From NCBI GenBank assembly GCA_905182515.1, contig CAJJBW010000001.1:18275-82274 (forward strand): a DNA stretch of 64,000 nt. The letters run 5' to 3'. The translations under genes were made by a program, and so were the position numbers. Below the pieces are notes generated by a model that searched no databases, was not told the DNA's origin, and saw only the letters and a program-made list of their open reading frames with translations. Source of the stretch: an uncultured Candidatus Poseidoniales archaeon. Its GTDB lineage: Archaea; Thermoplasmatota; Poseidoniia; Poseidoniales; Thalassarchaeaceae. Positions 28,824 to 38,330 of the stretch are shown here, piece after piece (position 1 is the stretch's first letter; each line of letters opens with the position of its first letter).

Positions 28824-29453
28824 ATGGATAAAGTGATAAAACATGTTTTATCGGGTAATTGCATAGTTTATCCAACGACAACCCAACCTGCACTAGGATG
28901 TATGCTTAATTCTGAAGGATTAGATAAACTGTATAAAATTAAACAACGTGATAGTTCTTTTCCTCTCAGTATCGGTGTTGCAAATATTGAACAAGCAAAG
29001 ACAATAGTTGAAGTTCCTGATGATGTTTTAGATATCTTAAGTTATTTCCCAGATGGTTCTTTAACAATAATATTAAAAAGTCATAAAAAGCTTGACTCCC
29101 GTTTAGGAGGGAATAAAATAGCCATTAGAATTATGGCTCATAAAAAAGCAAAGGAGTTGTTATTAAAAACCGGACCTTTGACTGCCACCAGTGCTAATAA
29201 AAGTGGTGTGGCGCCAGTATTAAATTGTAAAGCAGCAGCAAGTATATTATCATCTTCAGAAAACAAAGTTGTCAGTTATATGGGTGAATGTTCAGATGGA
29301 ATACCCAGTACTTTGATATCATGGCACACTGTCTGTGAATCACTCGAGTTGTCGGACATAGTGATACTGAGAGAGGGAATAGTAAAATCGAAGGATGTTC
29401 TAAGATGGTGGAAGAATCAGATCTCAAACAGTGGAGAGACGCTGGTCACGTAG
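28824..29453 (+). CDS. tsaC: L-threonylcarbamoyladenylate synthase, short YrdC/TsaC type
   Basis: VYPTTTQPALGCML, YKIKQRDSSFPLSI and LTATSANKSG are YrdC-domain signatures. At 209 aa it has no Sua5 C-terminal domain. Confidence 0.75.
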   Translation: MDKVIKHVLSGNCIVYPTTTQPALGCMLNSEGLDKLYKIKQRDSSFPLSIGVANIEQAKTIVEVPDDVLDILSYFPDGSLTIILKSHKKLDSRLGGNKIAIRIMAHKKAKELLLKTGPLTATSANKSGVAPVLNCKAAASILSSSENKVVSYMGECSDGIPSTLISWHTVCESLELSDIVILREGIVKSKDVLRWWKNQISNSGETLVT

Positions 29454-30418
29454 CTCGTAGAACCTTAGAAGGCATTAAAGGGGAAATTGTAGAAGGTAAA
29501 ACCTGGTCTGAAGTTATTGACTCTGCAGAGCGCTTTATTCGACGTCATGGAGGGCAGGCTGCATTTCCAGTGACTATTTCCGTAAACAATATTGCAGCGC
29601 ACTATACAACGAGTCATGCTGATAAACCCATGGAAGATTGGGAAAGTGAAATGACGTTTAGAAATGGAGATTTAGTCAAATTAGATGTTGGCGCACATAT
29701 TAAAGGAGCAATAGCAGATAATGCTATGACAATTGAAGTTGGTTCAAAAGGAAAACACACTGATCAAATAAAAGCTGCTAAAGAAGCTCGAGATGCTGCC
29801 ATAGAAAAAATGCATCCAGGTACACCCTGGTACGAAATAGGTGCCGCTGCTGAACAAGTAACAAAGGATGCTGGATTTGAACCCATTAGAAATCTTTGTG
29901 GGCATGAAATGGAGAGATGGAATTTACATGCGGGATTATCAATACCAATGTATGCCTGTGGTAAAAATAATCCTGGTTTTAAAGGAGTAGTAGAAAAGGG
30001 AGGAATATATGCCATTGAACCATTTAATACAACAGGTTCCTCTGGAATGATAGAAAATGTTCCTCCAACTGGATCTTCAAATATTCTAAGAGTTACAGGT
30101 GATGTGAAAATTCGTAAAGCATTAAGTAAAGGTAAATTAAAGCCATTAGGAGCAACAATGGCTAGATATATTGAAGAAAGGTATCAAACTCTTCCATTCG
30201 CCGAAAGATGGGCATATCCATTATTGGAAAAGCCATTTCCCGAACAAGATGAGGAGGCTTTGACCAAAAAATGGAACGCTCTAGTTAAAAAATTAACATC
30301 AATTAGGTTTTTAGAAGTATATCCTGCATTAAGAGATGTTGATGGAGGATTCGTGGGGCAATATGAACACACCGTTATAGTAACCGATGGTGGCCCTGAA
30401 ATATTAACAATAGCATAA
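29405..30418 (+). CDS. map: methionine aminopeptidase, type 2 (archaeal)
   Basis: 337 aa with AFPVTISVNNIAAHYT, DVGAHIKGAIADNA, GHEMERWNLHAG and the EHTVIVT metal ligands. It overlaps tsaC by 49 nt. Confidence 0.9.
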   Translation: MVEESDLKQWRDAGHVARRTLEGIKGEIVEGKTWSEVIDSAERFIRRHGGQAAFPVTISVNNIAAHYTTSHADKPMEDWESEMTFRNGDLVKLDVGAHIKGAIADNAMTIEVGSKGKHTDQIKAAKEARDAAIEKMHPGTPWYEIGAAAEQVTKDAGFEPIRNLCGHEMERWNLHAGLSIPMYACGKNNPGFKGVVEKGGIYAIEPFNTTGSSGMIENVPPTGSSNILRVTGDVKIRKALSKGKLKPLGATMARYIEERYQTLPFAERWAYPLLEKPFPEQDEEALTKKWNALVKKLTSIRFLEVYPALRDVDGGFVGQYEHTVIVTDGGPEILTIA

Positions 30419-30588
30419 ATTATTTTAATATAAACAAAAAATATAGTTAAAATTAAACTATTATCACAAAATGATTATTTATGGTCCTCTAGTATCGAAA
30501 GCCGTACGGGGCCGTAAGGTTCTCGCTGAGTGCATCCCATCCCCTCGCTTTTATCTCTCGCCCTGTACATCAAAACAACAATTAGTCG

Positions 30589-31509
30589 TTAGGTACTTTT
30601 ATTGGGTTTCTCTTCTATCGCTCCAAAGATTGTTACTGCTATAATAGAAATTAGAACTAATATTATTCCTATTGTTTGCTTAAAGGATGGTTGTTCAGAT
30701 AATAATACTATGCCCCATATTAATGTCAATATTGGTTGTAATAAAATTGCAAATGAAGTATGTGCACCAGGAAGACGAGGTAGCGCAAAGGCAATTGCCA
30801 GCCAACCTCCTGTTTGGCAAATGATTGCCAATATTATTATCCAACCATGACCTGGCCACGTAAATGAAAAATTAATACTTTCAATTGAAATTGAAGATAA
30901 AGGCAACAATCCCAATATGAATAATCCTGTTGCAGCCCCCAAAGTTGCATCTAACTGTACAGAGGCTGCTGGAGCTAATTCTTTATTTGAAAATCTAAAA
31001 ATTATTAAAAATGAAGAATAAAAAAATGCAGCTATAATTCCAAATATAACTCCTTTAATTGGATCGTCCCCAAAGGCTTCAGAATCAGAAAATCCTGAAA
31101 TTAGAAATAGGCCTAAGATCACTACAGGGAGTGCTAATAAAATTGTATAATTTGGTTTTTCTCCAAATATCTTCCACGAAATTAATGTTACAATAATAAC
31201 TTGTGAATTTCCTATTAATGTTGCTATACCTATGCCTATGAATTTTAATGAACTAAAATATGCTACCATGTCGGGGGCTAATAAAAGTCCAGCAGAGAAT
31301 GCTAGTAATCTAGTTTTTCTTAATCTTTTATCATTTTTACTTACAAACATTGCAATAATAACAAGTAATGGGATTGCATAGATCATACGAAAAAAGGCTC
31401 CTGTGACTGGATTAAGTTCTGAATAAACAAAAAATATTGGAGCAAAGGAGATTGCTGTAGCTCCACCTAAGGCCATCAACATGACTTTGTTATCGGAAGA
31501 TTCCGACAT
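30589..31509 (-). CDS. EamA/DMT-family transporter
   Basis: 306 aa with about 10 hydrophobic helices in two similar halves, the typical EamA layout. Confidence 0.65.
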   Translation of the reverse strand: MSESSDNKVMLMALGGATAISFAPIFFVYSELNPVTGAFFRMIYAIPLLVIIAMFVSKNDKRLRKTRLLAFSAGLLLAPDMVAYFSSLKFIGIGIATLIGNSQVIIVTLISWKIFGEKPNYTILLALPVVILGLFLISGFSDSEAFGDDPIKGVIFGIIAAFFYSSFLIIFRFSNKELAPAASVQLDATLGAATGLFILGLLPLSSISIESINFSFTWPGHGWIIILAIICQTGGWLAIAFALPRLPGAHTSFAILLQPILTLIWGIVLLSEQPSFKQTIGIILVLISIIAVTIFGAIEEKPNKST

Positions 31510-31520
31510 TATGGTTCACC

Positions 31521-31856
31521 TTATTTAGATTCGTTAGCAGAAATCATTTGTTGTAATTCCCCACTTTCATACATCTCTAAAGCAATGTCTGAACCACCAA
31601 TTAATTCACCATTAATATAAATCTGAGGCATGGTAGGAAAATCGGCCCACGCACAGACAGAGGGTATTGCACGAGGATCAGTAAGAATATTGACACTTAC
31701 AAAGGGTTGCCCGAGTTCATTTAATACGGATGCTGCGCGGTTACTAAAGCCACATCTTGGTTCTTCTGGCGTTCCTTTCATAAACAAAACAATGTTATTA
31801 TTATCAACTATTTCTTGTAATTCTTCTGGTGTCCAATTAAAACTCATTTTATTCAC
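31521..31856 (-). CDS. grxD: monothiol glutaredoxin (Grx4 family)
   Basis: VLFMKGTPEEPRCGFSNRA (CGFS active site) and TMPQIYINGELIGGSD. Confidence 0.9.
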   Translation of the reverse strand: MNKMSFNWTPEELQEIVDNNNIVLFMKGTPEEPRCGFSNRAASVLNELGQPFVSVNILTDPRAIPSVCAWADFPTMPQIYINGELIGGSDIALEMYESGELQQMISANESK

Positions 31857-32199
31857 TCCTTTTTTCTCTTCTGATATGAACGCCGAAGAATTCTACGTCT
31901 CCTCCATGCGGATCAAAAGCGGTTTCACCACTTTTAGACGCTTGTTCGGGAGTCATGCATTTTAAATCCAAAGCATGCACAATGTTTTGTGCAATAAATT
32001 TTTTAAAATGGTTCAAAATAGGTCTTTGACGTTGTAATGGCCTAATTCCTTCATATTCAGGAGAAACGACTCGCACATGAAAATGATCTCCACTTTTATG
32101 TAAGTCGGTCACAGAAATATCAGCGTTAGGTATGACTTTCAAAACCTCTTCCACCACCCACTGTTCTGCTACCATAATGATGATAGCATAAGAGGTCAC
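31849..32199 (-). CDS. bolA: BolA-family protein
   Basis: DHFHVRVVSPEYEGIRPLQRQRPILNHF...VHALDLKCMTPEQ is the BolA fold signature. It overlaps grxD by 8 nt. Confidence 0.8.
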   Translation of the reverse strand: MTSYAIIIMVAEQWVVEEVLKVIPNADISVTDLHKSGDHFHVRVVSPEYEGIRPLQRQRPILNHFKKFIAQNIVHALDLKCMTPEQASKSGETAFDPHGGDVEFFGVHIRREKRSE

Positions 32200-32222
32200 T
32201 ATTGAATTCTTGGTGCAGAGTT

Positions 32223-32903
32223 TTACTTGTGTACCGCTGAAAGTATAGAATCTAAATTGGATTTAATGGATCCTTGGTCGTTTATCAAACCTGAACCGAC
32301 AACGGCAACATCTACTCCCCAATTTGCAACCATAGGGGCATTATGGCTTTTTATTCCGCCGTCTATCATCAATTTGGTTTCACGCCCTCCGGCTGCTATT
32401 TGGATGTCTATAGAGTTTCTAAAATAGCGTACTTTATCTTCAATTTCCGGCATAAAGGATTGGCCTCCTTTGCCAGGGACTACTGACATAACAAGAACTA
32501 AATCTAGATTAGGAAGTAAGTGCATTACTTTCGAAGCATCGGTATTTGGATTGAGTACGCATCCCACTTGTATCCCAAAATCATGTATATCTTCTATTAA
32601 TTTCTCAAAATTATCAACAGCCTCAAAATGGGCTATAATCAAATTAACGCCTGCTTTAGCATATTGTTCCCATGTTTCTTCCGCATTATTTATCATCAAA
32701 TGGCAATCAATGAAAATATCTGGACCTAGTCTATTTCTTGTTGATTGAATTAATGCTGGCCCAAAAGTTATGGTTTTGTTTGTTACCCAATTACCATCCA
32801 TTACATCCATATGAATCCATTTTATCCCTGCTTGTATTGCCGAATCTAAAGTTTTTCCAATTTCACAAAAATCTGCAGTCAAAATACTGGGTGTAATTTC
32901 CAA
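32223..32903 (-). CDS. rpe: ribulose-phosphate 3-epimerase
   Basis: ITPSILTADF, HMDVMDG and MSVVPGKGGQSF. The ORF is open to ATG 33035, but TTG 32903 (GGAG 8 nt upstream) gives the canonical length of about 227 aa. Confidence 0.88.
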   Translation of the reverse strand: MEITPSILTADFCEIGKTLDSAIQAGIKWIHMDVMDGNWVTNKTITFGPALIQSTRNRLGPDIFIDCHLMINNAEETWEQYAKAGVNLIIAHFEAVDNFEKLIEDIHDFGIQVGCVLNPNTDASKVMHLLPNLDLVLVMSVVPGKGGQSFMPEIEDKVRYFRNSIDIQIAAGGRETKLMIDGGIKSHNAPMVANWGVDVAVVGSGLINDQGSIKSNLDSILSAVHK

Positions 32904-33026
32904 AGCAACATCTCCTTTTTTATTTCTAGGGAATGAAGTGTAGTAAATGAATTTACCTAAATATGGTAGTTTTAAAGACACATGTTGATAGGTCGTCAAT
33001 GCTCCGTAGCGTATGTAGGTGTAATA

Positions 33027-33344
33027 ATGGGCCAAGTTGTTGAAGTAAATGATGCTGATTTTGATATGATTACAAGCGGTAATGAATGGGTATTGGTGGA
33101 CTTTTGGGCCCCTTGGTGCGGACCATGTAAAATGATTGCTCCGGTATTGTCTGAAATTGCCACAGAACGAGATATAACTATTGCTAAAGTAAATACTGAC
33201 ATCAATACACTGACACCCGGAAAATATGGAGTTAGGGGGATTCCCAATCTATTGTTATTTCATAATGGTAAAGTGGTTGAACAAATGACAGGTGCAATGC
33301 CTAAACCGGCTATGGATGATTGGCTAAATCGTCACATGTCTTGA
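33027..33344 (+). CDS. trxA: thioredoxin
   Basis: VLVDFWAPWCGPCK active site and GIPNLLLFHNGK. ATG 33027 gives 105 aa; the ORF-track start at 32982 is probably too long. Confidence 0.92.
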   Translation: MGQVVEVNDADFDMITSGNEWVLVDFWAPWCGPCKMIAPVLSEIATERDITIAKVNTDINTLTPGKYGVRGIPNLLLFHNGKVVEQMTGAMPKPAMDDWLNRHMS

Positions 33345-34915
33345 TTTCTAGCATCATATAATTTCTTTACTCTCAACTCATTTGGAGTACCTGTTTCCCT
33401 AAGTAAACGTGCCCTTAATGCTTCATGTATCCACATTCCCTCACTAAGTTCAAACATAAGTCCTCTTTCGATAATTTCGCTAGGTGGCTTACCACTAAAT
33501 CCTGCAGCATGTGCAAGAATTTTCCAAGGAACCGGCCTATCAGACACAGCAAGAAGTGCCAAGATTTCTCTCTGATCGCTAGGCATAACATCTAGAATTT
33601 CTTCATCTAAAAATCGTAACCAATCTTCGTGTAGAGTTTTACCATAAAGCTCTAGAAGTTCTAAGGCCAAAGGATGTCCGCCTGTTGCCTGATGAATTTC
33701 TTCTACCGGAGCATTGGCAGATAAATTCAATGTATTCAGCCAATCAGATATCTCTTCAAGTGTAAGTCCAGAAAGTGTAAGTTCCTTTACTCGATTGCGA
33801 GTATGCACATCTCTTCGATCATAAAATGTTAAATTTTTCCTTGATATCATTAGTAATCTAATTTTAGTATCCTCTGCAACTTGCAATAACATCCCAAAAA
33901 AATTTTCCCCTGATGAATTAAGGTTATGTACATCATCTAATATTATAAGAATTTCATCATTTTCATCATTCCTCAAACCTTTTTTATCAAGTAAATGAGC
34001 AGTGATCCTCCGTCTATAGAGATCTAAATTCAAATCTGCCCCCGGGTTGAAGGGTATTGCCTCTAAAGTACCATAAGGGTCTTGTGATTTTCCTGATGAA
34101 CGAATTCCAAAGCGGTGTAATATACTTGTAGCTATACCAAAAGTCGTATCCCATGGTTGGCAGGGATAATACATTATTTCGGTTTTAGGGTTGTCATTTA
34201 ACACATCATCAATCCAAAATGATACTAAAGTAGTTTTACCGCATCCTGCAATTCCTGAAAGAACAAATAAAGGAGTTGTAGATTTATACCATGTGATTAT
34301 TTTATTTTTCTCTAGTTTTCTTCCATGGACAGTTCGGGTATCTGGAGGGCGTGTATGATAAGTGGAATGAGCGCCAGAAAGCATACTAATTGAACCTGGT
34401 TTTTTACTGTTTTCTGATTTTGTTATTGTACCAAATCTAATATCTCCAAAATTCAATACTCCTTCATGTTGGGCATGCATTAAAATTTGTAATAATGTGA
34501 GATTTGCTCGAAGGTGACTGGCTGCTTCATCGGCTCTAATTTCTAATAGATTGTTGTCTCGGCCTCTAAGCAATACTTTGATGCACCGGAATGTGGCTAT
34601 TCGTTCACTTACTTCATGCCGACCATCTTCAGTTAGTTGCCATGTTTTTTGTCTCCTATCATCACCCCTAATTGACCTAGTATGTTCAGTTGCCCAATCT
34701 TGCGCCATAATTTCTCTCATTGCCCTCGATACATTCGGAGGATGTAATGCACAAATCTCAGCTATTCCTGGCCTAGTCATTTCATATGTCACTAAATAGT
34801 GGTCAGCTTGGTGATCTTGTTCCCATAAATGTAAGAGAATCCTGTCTGTGACAGAGATACTAACACGGGCGTCAGTGCTAACCATGAATTTATGCGGGTG
34901 ATAATCTATCATCAA
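33332..34915 (-). CDS. wHTH-fused STAND/NB-ARC-like (Arch_ATPase-type) NTPase, putative regulator
   Basis: It has an N-terminal winged-helix-like segment (MTRPGIAEICALHPPNVSRAMREI), Walker A (LSGIAGCGKTTLV), Walker B (ILIILDDVH), and a GxP motif (ATGGHPLALELL). Confidence 0.6.
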   Translation of the reverse strand: MMIDYHPHKFMVSTDARVSISVTDRILLHLWEQDHQADHYLVTYEMTRPGIAEICALHPPNVSRAMREIMAQDWATEHTRSIRGDDRRQKTWQLTEDGRHEVSERIATFRCIKVLLRGRDNNLLEIRADEAASHLRANLTLLQILMHAQHEGVLNFGDIRFGTITKSENSKKPGSISMLSGAHSTYHTRPPDTRTVHGRKLEKNKIITWYKSTTPLFVLSGIAGCGKTTLVSFWIDDVLNDNPKTEIMYYPCQPWDTTFGIATSILHRFGIRSSGKSQDPYGTLEAIPFNPGADLNLDLYRRRITAHLLDKKGLRNDENDEILIILDDVHNLNSSGENFFGMLLQVAEDTKIRLLMISRKNLTFYDRRDVHTRNRVKELTLSGLTLEEISDWLNTLNLSANAPVEEIHQATGGHPLALELLELYGKTLHEDWLRFLDEEILDVMPSDQREILALLAVSDRPVPWKILAHAAGFSGKPPSEIIERGLMFELSEGMWIHEALRARLLRETGTPNELRVKKLYDARNQDM

Positions 34916-35018
34916 TAGTTCGGAAATTTGATTGGTTTTTGGATATACTTGTAAATTTTAGTCAATAAATACAGAGTAATGCCGTAACCTATGTGTCTAA
35001 GAACAACCTCGGAGGTTC

Positions 35019-36515
35019 GTGACGGCTTACTCAGAATTGATGGATAAGATTAAAGAGATTGATTTAATTGAACAAATTAATGGATTATTAGGATGGGACC
35101 AGGAAGTTATGATGCCTCCGAAGGCTGCTTCATTGAGGGCGGAGCAAATGGCTTGGTTATCCTCTAGCGGTCATAGTAAAATGACAGATTCAAGAATTGG
35201 TGATCTTTTAATTACATTAGAAAATGATCAAAAATTAAATGAAATTGAACGTGGAAATGTAAGGCTAATAAGAAATTCCTATGATAAAGCAATAAAATTA
35301 CCAACTGATTTTATTATCGAGATTTCGAAACATAGATCAAAGGCAATGGTTACATGGACGGAAGCACGTTCTAAAGATGATTTTTCGATATTTAGAGATG
35401 ATTTGAAAAAAATGATTGATTTGGTAAGGCTAGAGGCTGATTATTTAGGCTATGAAGAATTGCGTTACGATGCTTTACTTGATAATTATGAATCTGGGCT
35501 GACTGTATCTAGGCTAGACCCTCTATTCAAAAATTTAAGAGAGAATGTTGCCCCGTTGATTAAAATGGTAATAAAAAATGGAATAAGACCGAATATGGAC
35601 TGGGTAGACAAGAATAATTGGAAAATTCCTGGTCAAGAATCGTTAAGCCAAAAGGTATCAGAATCAATCGGTTTTGATTTTGCTGCTGGACGAAGAGATG
35701 CTTCAACTCATCCATTTTGTGGAGGGCCAAATCCTGATGATGTCAGATGGACAACCAGATATTCTGATACAGATCCGTTTGGATCTTTATATGGCTCCAT
35801 GCATGAAACTGGGCATGGCCTATACGAACAAGGAAGGCCACGGGAATTGGATTTTCAACCTGCTGGAAAAGCGAATGGCCTAGGAATACATGAAAGTCAA
35901 AGTAGACTATGGGAGAACCAGGTTGGTAGATCTGAAGCCTTTTGCGAATGGTCTTTACCCCTCTGGAAAAAATATTTTCCAGATAATATGAAAGGAGTTA
36001 GTGCTAAAGATTTATGGCGTTCTGTAAATTTAATAGAGCCTAGTTTAATCAGAGTAGAGGCTGATGAAGCAACATATAATCTACATATTATGATAAGATA
36101 TGAAATTGAAAAGATGTTAATTAGTGGTGACATAGAAGTAGATGATTTGCCAAAAGTTTGGAATGAGATGTATGATGAATTTTTAGGAATTAGTGCACCT
36201 AATAATGCATTAGGAGTTTTACAGGATGTTCATTGGTCTATGGGTGCATTTGGATATTTTCCAACATATACTCTTGGTAATCTATATTCTGCTCAACTTT
36301 TAAATGCGGCTAGGAAAGAATTAGGAGATATTGAGGCACAAATTAGGAATGGAAATTTTTCCCCCCTATTGAATTGGATGAGAGATAAAGTACATTCTCG
36401 AGGTAGTATTTTAGAACCTGCACTACTAATAGAAGAAGCAACAGGATCTTTGCCATCATCTGACGAATTTGTGGATTATTTACGGGAAAAAATTAATGAT
36501 TTATATGACTTATAA
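35019..36515 (+). CDS. carboxypeptidase Taq-type metallopeptidase (M32)
   Basis: HETGHGLYEQG (HExxH), IHESQSRLWEN, DVHW and GYFPTYTLGN. Confidence 0.9.
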   Translation: MTAYSELMDKIKEIDLIEQINGLLGWDQEVMMPPKAASLRAEQMAWLSSSGHSKMTDSRIGDLLITLENDQKLNEIERGNVRLIRNSYDKAIKLPTDFIIEISKHRSKAMVTWTEARSKDDFSIFRDDLKKMIDLVRLEADYLGYEELRYDALLDNYESGLTVSRLDPLFKNLRENVAPLIKMVIKNGIRPNMDWVDKNNWKIPGQESLSQKVSESIGFDFAAGRRDASTHPFCGGPNPDDVRWTTRYSDTDPFGSLYGSMHETGHGLYEQGRPRELDFQPAGKANGLGIHESQSRLWENQVGRSEAFCEWSLPLWKKYFPDNMKGVSAKDLWRSVNLIEPSLIRVEADEATYNLHIMIRYEIEKMLISGDIEVDDLPKVWNEMYDEFLGISAPNNALGVLQDVHWSMGAFGYFPTYTLGNLYSAQLLNAARKELGDIEAQIRNGNFSPLLNWMRDKVHSRGSILEPALLIEEATGSLPSSDEFVDYLREKINDLYDL

Positions 36516-36519
36516 ATGA

Positions 36520-37605
36520 GTGTGTTGTATGATAAATATTAGATTAGAAGATGTTGCTTCATTTGTAAGGAATATAGGTAGTGAATGTACATTAATAATT
36601 AACCATAATGATAATTTAATAATCGGTTCCAATACAGGATTATTGATTTGTTGGTCTGTCTCTTCTGGAATTGAAAAATGGAGGAATAGTTTTGAAGGTC
36701 CATGCTCAGAATTAGTTACAGATGAAGAAATATGTTATCTTACAGAAAATGGCAATGTTCATTCGATAAATTTGAAGAGTGGTGAAATAGTATGGAGTTT
36801 AGAACTAGAAGGATTAAGTGATTTTATTCAAGTTAATGGTGAAAATGTTTGGGTTACCTCTTCGACATATGACTTACATATTTCAAATTACTCAGAATCA
36901 ATAGTTTGGCTTATAAATAAAAATGGAGATATAATGGAAAAATGGGCTGTGGAAGGTAAACCTTGGTCCCTTGCAATCACTGACCATGGGGTATTTATTG
37001 GGCTCAGTAGACCCAAATGTGGTTATGCTAAAATCTCTAAAAATAACAATATTGAATATGTATCTCTCAAAAATGAAAATCCAGTTACAATAGGGTTGGA
37101 AAAAGATAAAATGATATTTCTTGGGCATAGCAATGGAAAAGTTACTGTAATAGATCAAGAGGTAACTAGAGAAATAGACATAGGAAAATCCGCAGTAAGT
37201 TCATTAGAAAAGAAAGATGATTTGATCATTGGCTTGGAATCAGGAGAAATATATTCTGAATTAAATGAATGGAATATTAAACTAGATGGGATAATAGATA
37301 GAATAGTCCAGGGGCCATCAATTGAAGGTGTGAGATTTTTATGGTCGTCATCTTGGTCCAATAATTCTACTATATGTGCCATTGATATTAATACAGGATT
37401 GATAAATTATAAGTTACAACATAATTTCAGAATAAGGCAAATGAAAAGTAATGGGAAAATTTTAGTTCTTGGCGATTCAGATGGAAAAATTTTCTTAATT
37501 GAAGATTTGGTTTTAAATCGGCGAATAAAAGCCCCTATTGAACTAATAGAAAATGATGAAAAAAGAGCACTGCTCAAAGACAAGTTACGAAGCTTACGCA
37601 TGTAA
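36520..37605 (+). CDS. PQQ-like / beta-propeller repeat protein
   Basis: 361 aa with repeated units of about 40 aa and G-x-hydrophobic-W patterns (SGIEKWRNSF, GEIVWSLELEG, GDIMEKWAVEG). No signal peptide is evident. Confidence 0.5.
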   Translation: MCCMINIRLEDVASFVRNIGSECTLIINHNDNLIIGSNTGLLICWSVSSGIEKWRNSFEGPCSELVTDEEICYLTENGNVHSINLKSGEIVWSLELEGLSDFIQVNGENVWVTSSTYDLHISNYSESIVWLINKNGDIMEKWAVEGKPWSLAITDHGVFIGLSRPKCGYAKISKNNNIEYVSLKNENPVTIGLEKDKMIFLGHSNGKVTVIDQEVTREIDIGKSAVSSLEKKDDLIIGLESGEIYSELNEWNIKLDGIIDRIVQGPSIEGVRFLWSSSWSNNSTICAIDINTGLINYKLQHNFRIRQMKSNGKILVLGDSDGKIFLIEDLVLNRRIKAPIELIENDEKRALLKDKLRSLRM

Positions 37606-38330
37606 TATTTTTCAGTGGAAATTTACCTAAAGGTAGGGGCATTTCCGGTGTACTGCGAGATTGTTACCGAAAGATTTAAGAGTCATGCATCTCCCTGTTT
37701 GCTTTGCTGCTCCAAGGGAGTGGTGTGGGGACGCTTAGGCTGAACCGCGGGCCACAAAAACTGAGCCTCAAAATTGGGGCAGTAAAATCAACTTCTGAGA
37801 AGAGGTTGAGGAAAGAGTCAAAATTGCCTGTGGGCAATTAAGACGCCGGTAGAACTGGTGTGGAAATAACCAAACGAAAGAATGGTAAAATAGACAACAG
37901 AGGCTGAGGAAAACAAAACCGAACGTTTAGGCGGGGAAAACAAAACCGAATCAGAAACTATACCGCAGAAGTGCACACAAGAAGGGGGAGGAGACAATCC
38001 TGAGTTGTGTCGTGGGGAACAACCAAGTAAAAATGGAAGGGAAACACGCAAAAACGAGCGCGAATAAAATCGTGGAGTGTAATGGTACTGATTTCGTGAA
38101 AAAAAACAGAGAGATCTGACTATGGAAACGAAAACGGCAAATGAGAAAGTAATTAATCAAATGTCGGAAAAGATGGAAACATCAGGCAAAATGAACCTTA
38201 ATGGTTTATGAGTCGCTACCCGGGAAAATGGAAGTCTTAGGACTAAAGTAGAACCGGACCCTGCGGAGTAAACAGAGAACAATGCCCCCCCATAGGTATT
38301 GTTCTCTGTTGCTCCCACCTTTATTCATAT
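37606..38330. ncRNA. candidate large non-coding RNA / unexplained purine-skewed island (strand unresolved)
   Basis: The 777-nt gap lies between convergent genes in an otherwise compact window. There is no credible ORF. It has a plus-strand purine skew, GGAA(A) repeats, a 16-nt direct repeat, and terminal hairpins. Confidence 0.3.
38271..38310. terminator. perfect 13-bp hairpin (possible bidirectional terminator)
   Basis: AACAGAGAACAAT - 14-nt loop (GCCCCCCCATAGGT) - ATTGTTCTCTGTT. It lies 73 nt downstream of the fumC stop and at the end of the ORF-free island. T-rich tracts follow on both strands. Confidence 0.5.

Noticed and set aside
30468-30530. C/D-box sRNA (ATGATTA ... CTGA about 55 nt apart, CAC/GTG terminal pairing).
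   Set aside because: The C box has a mismatch and there are no C'/D' boxes, so the evidence is too weak to call. It is reported only as a GC-rich island.
37611-37650. Replication origin. ORB-like sequences are present: TTCAGTGGAAAT..GGGG here, CCACTGGAAAC..GGGGG at 14724-14748, and TAACACTTGAAA at 8441 and 26305.
   Set aside because: There is no orc1/cdc6 gene in the window. The sites are single and scattered over 30 kb rather than forming inverted pairs flanking an AT-rich unwinding element. The 777-nt island is GC-enriched rather than AT-rich. I keep these only as possible regulator sites.
37818-38160. Minus-strand ORFs 37818-38051 (77 aa) and 37951-38160 (69 aa) inside the ORF-free island.
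   Set aside because: They overlap each other in different frames and are S/F/L/P-rich. That composition is the expected translation of a pyrimidine-rich strand. They have no Shine-Dalgarno or promoter context and no recognisable motif.
37806-38285. RNase P RNA. GAGGAAAGAGTC (37808-37819) resembles CR-I (GAGGAAAGUCC), and ACAGAGAAC (38272-38280) resembles CR-V (ACAGAAC).
   Set aside because: The two blocks cannot form helix P4, because there is no GGnCUU complement after the CR-V-like block. They are about 460 nt apart, versus about 250-300 nt in known RNAs. The CR-V-like block is instead one arm of a perfect local hairpin. No CR-II/III/IV-like sequences were seen on either strand.
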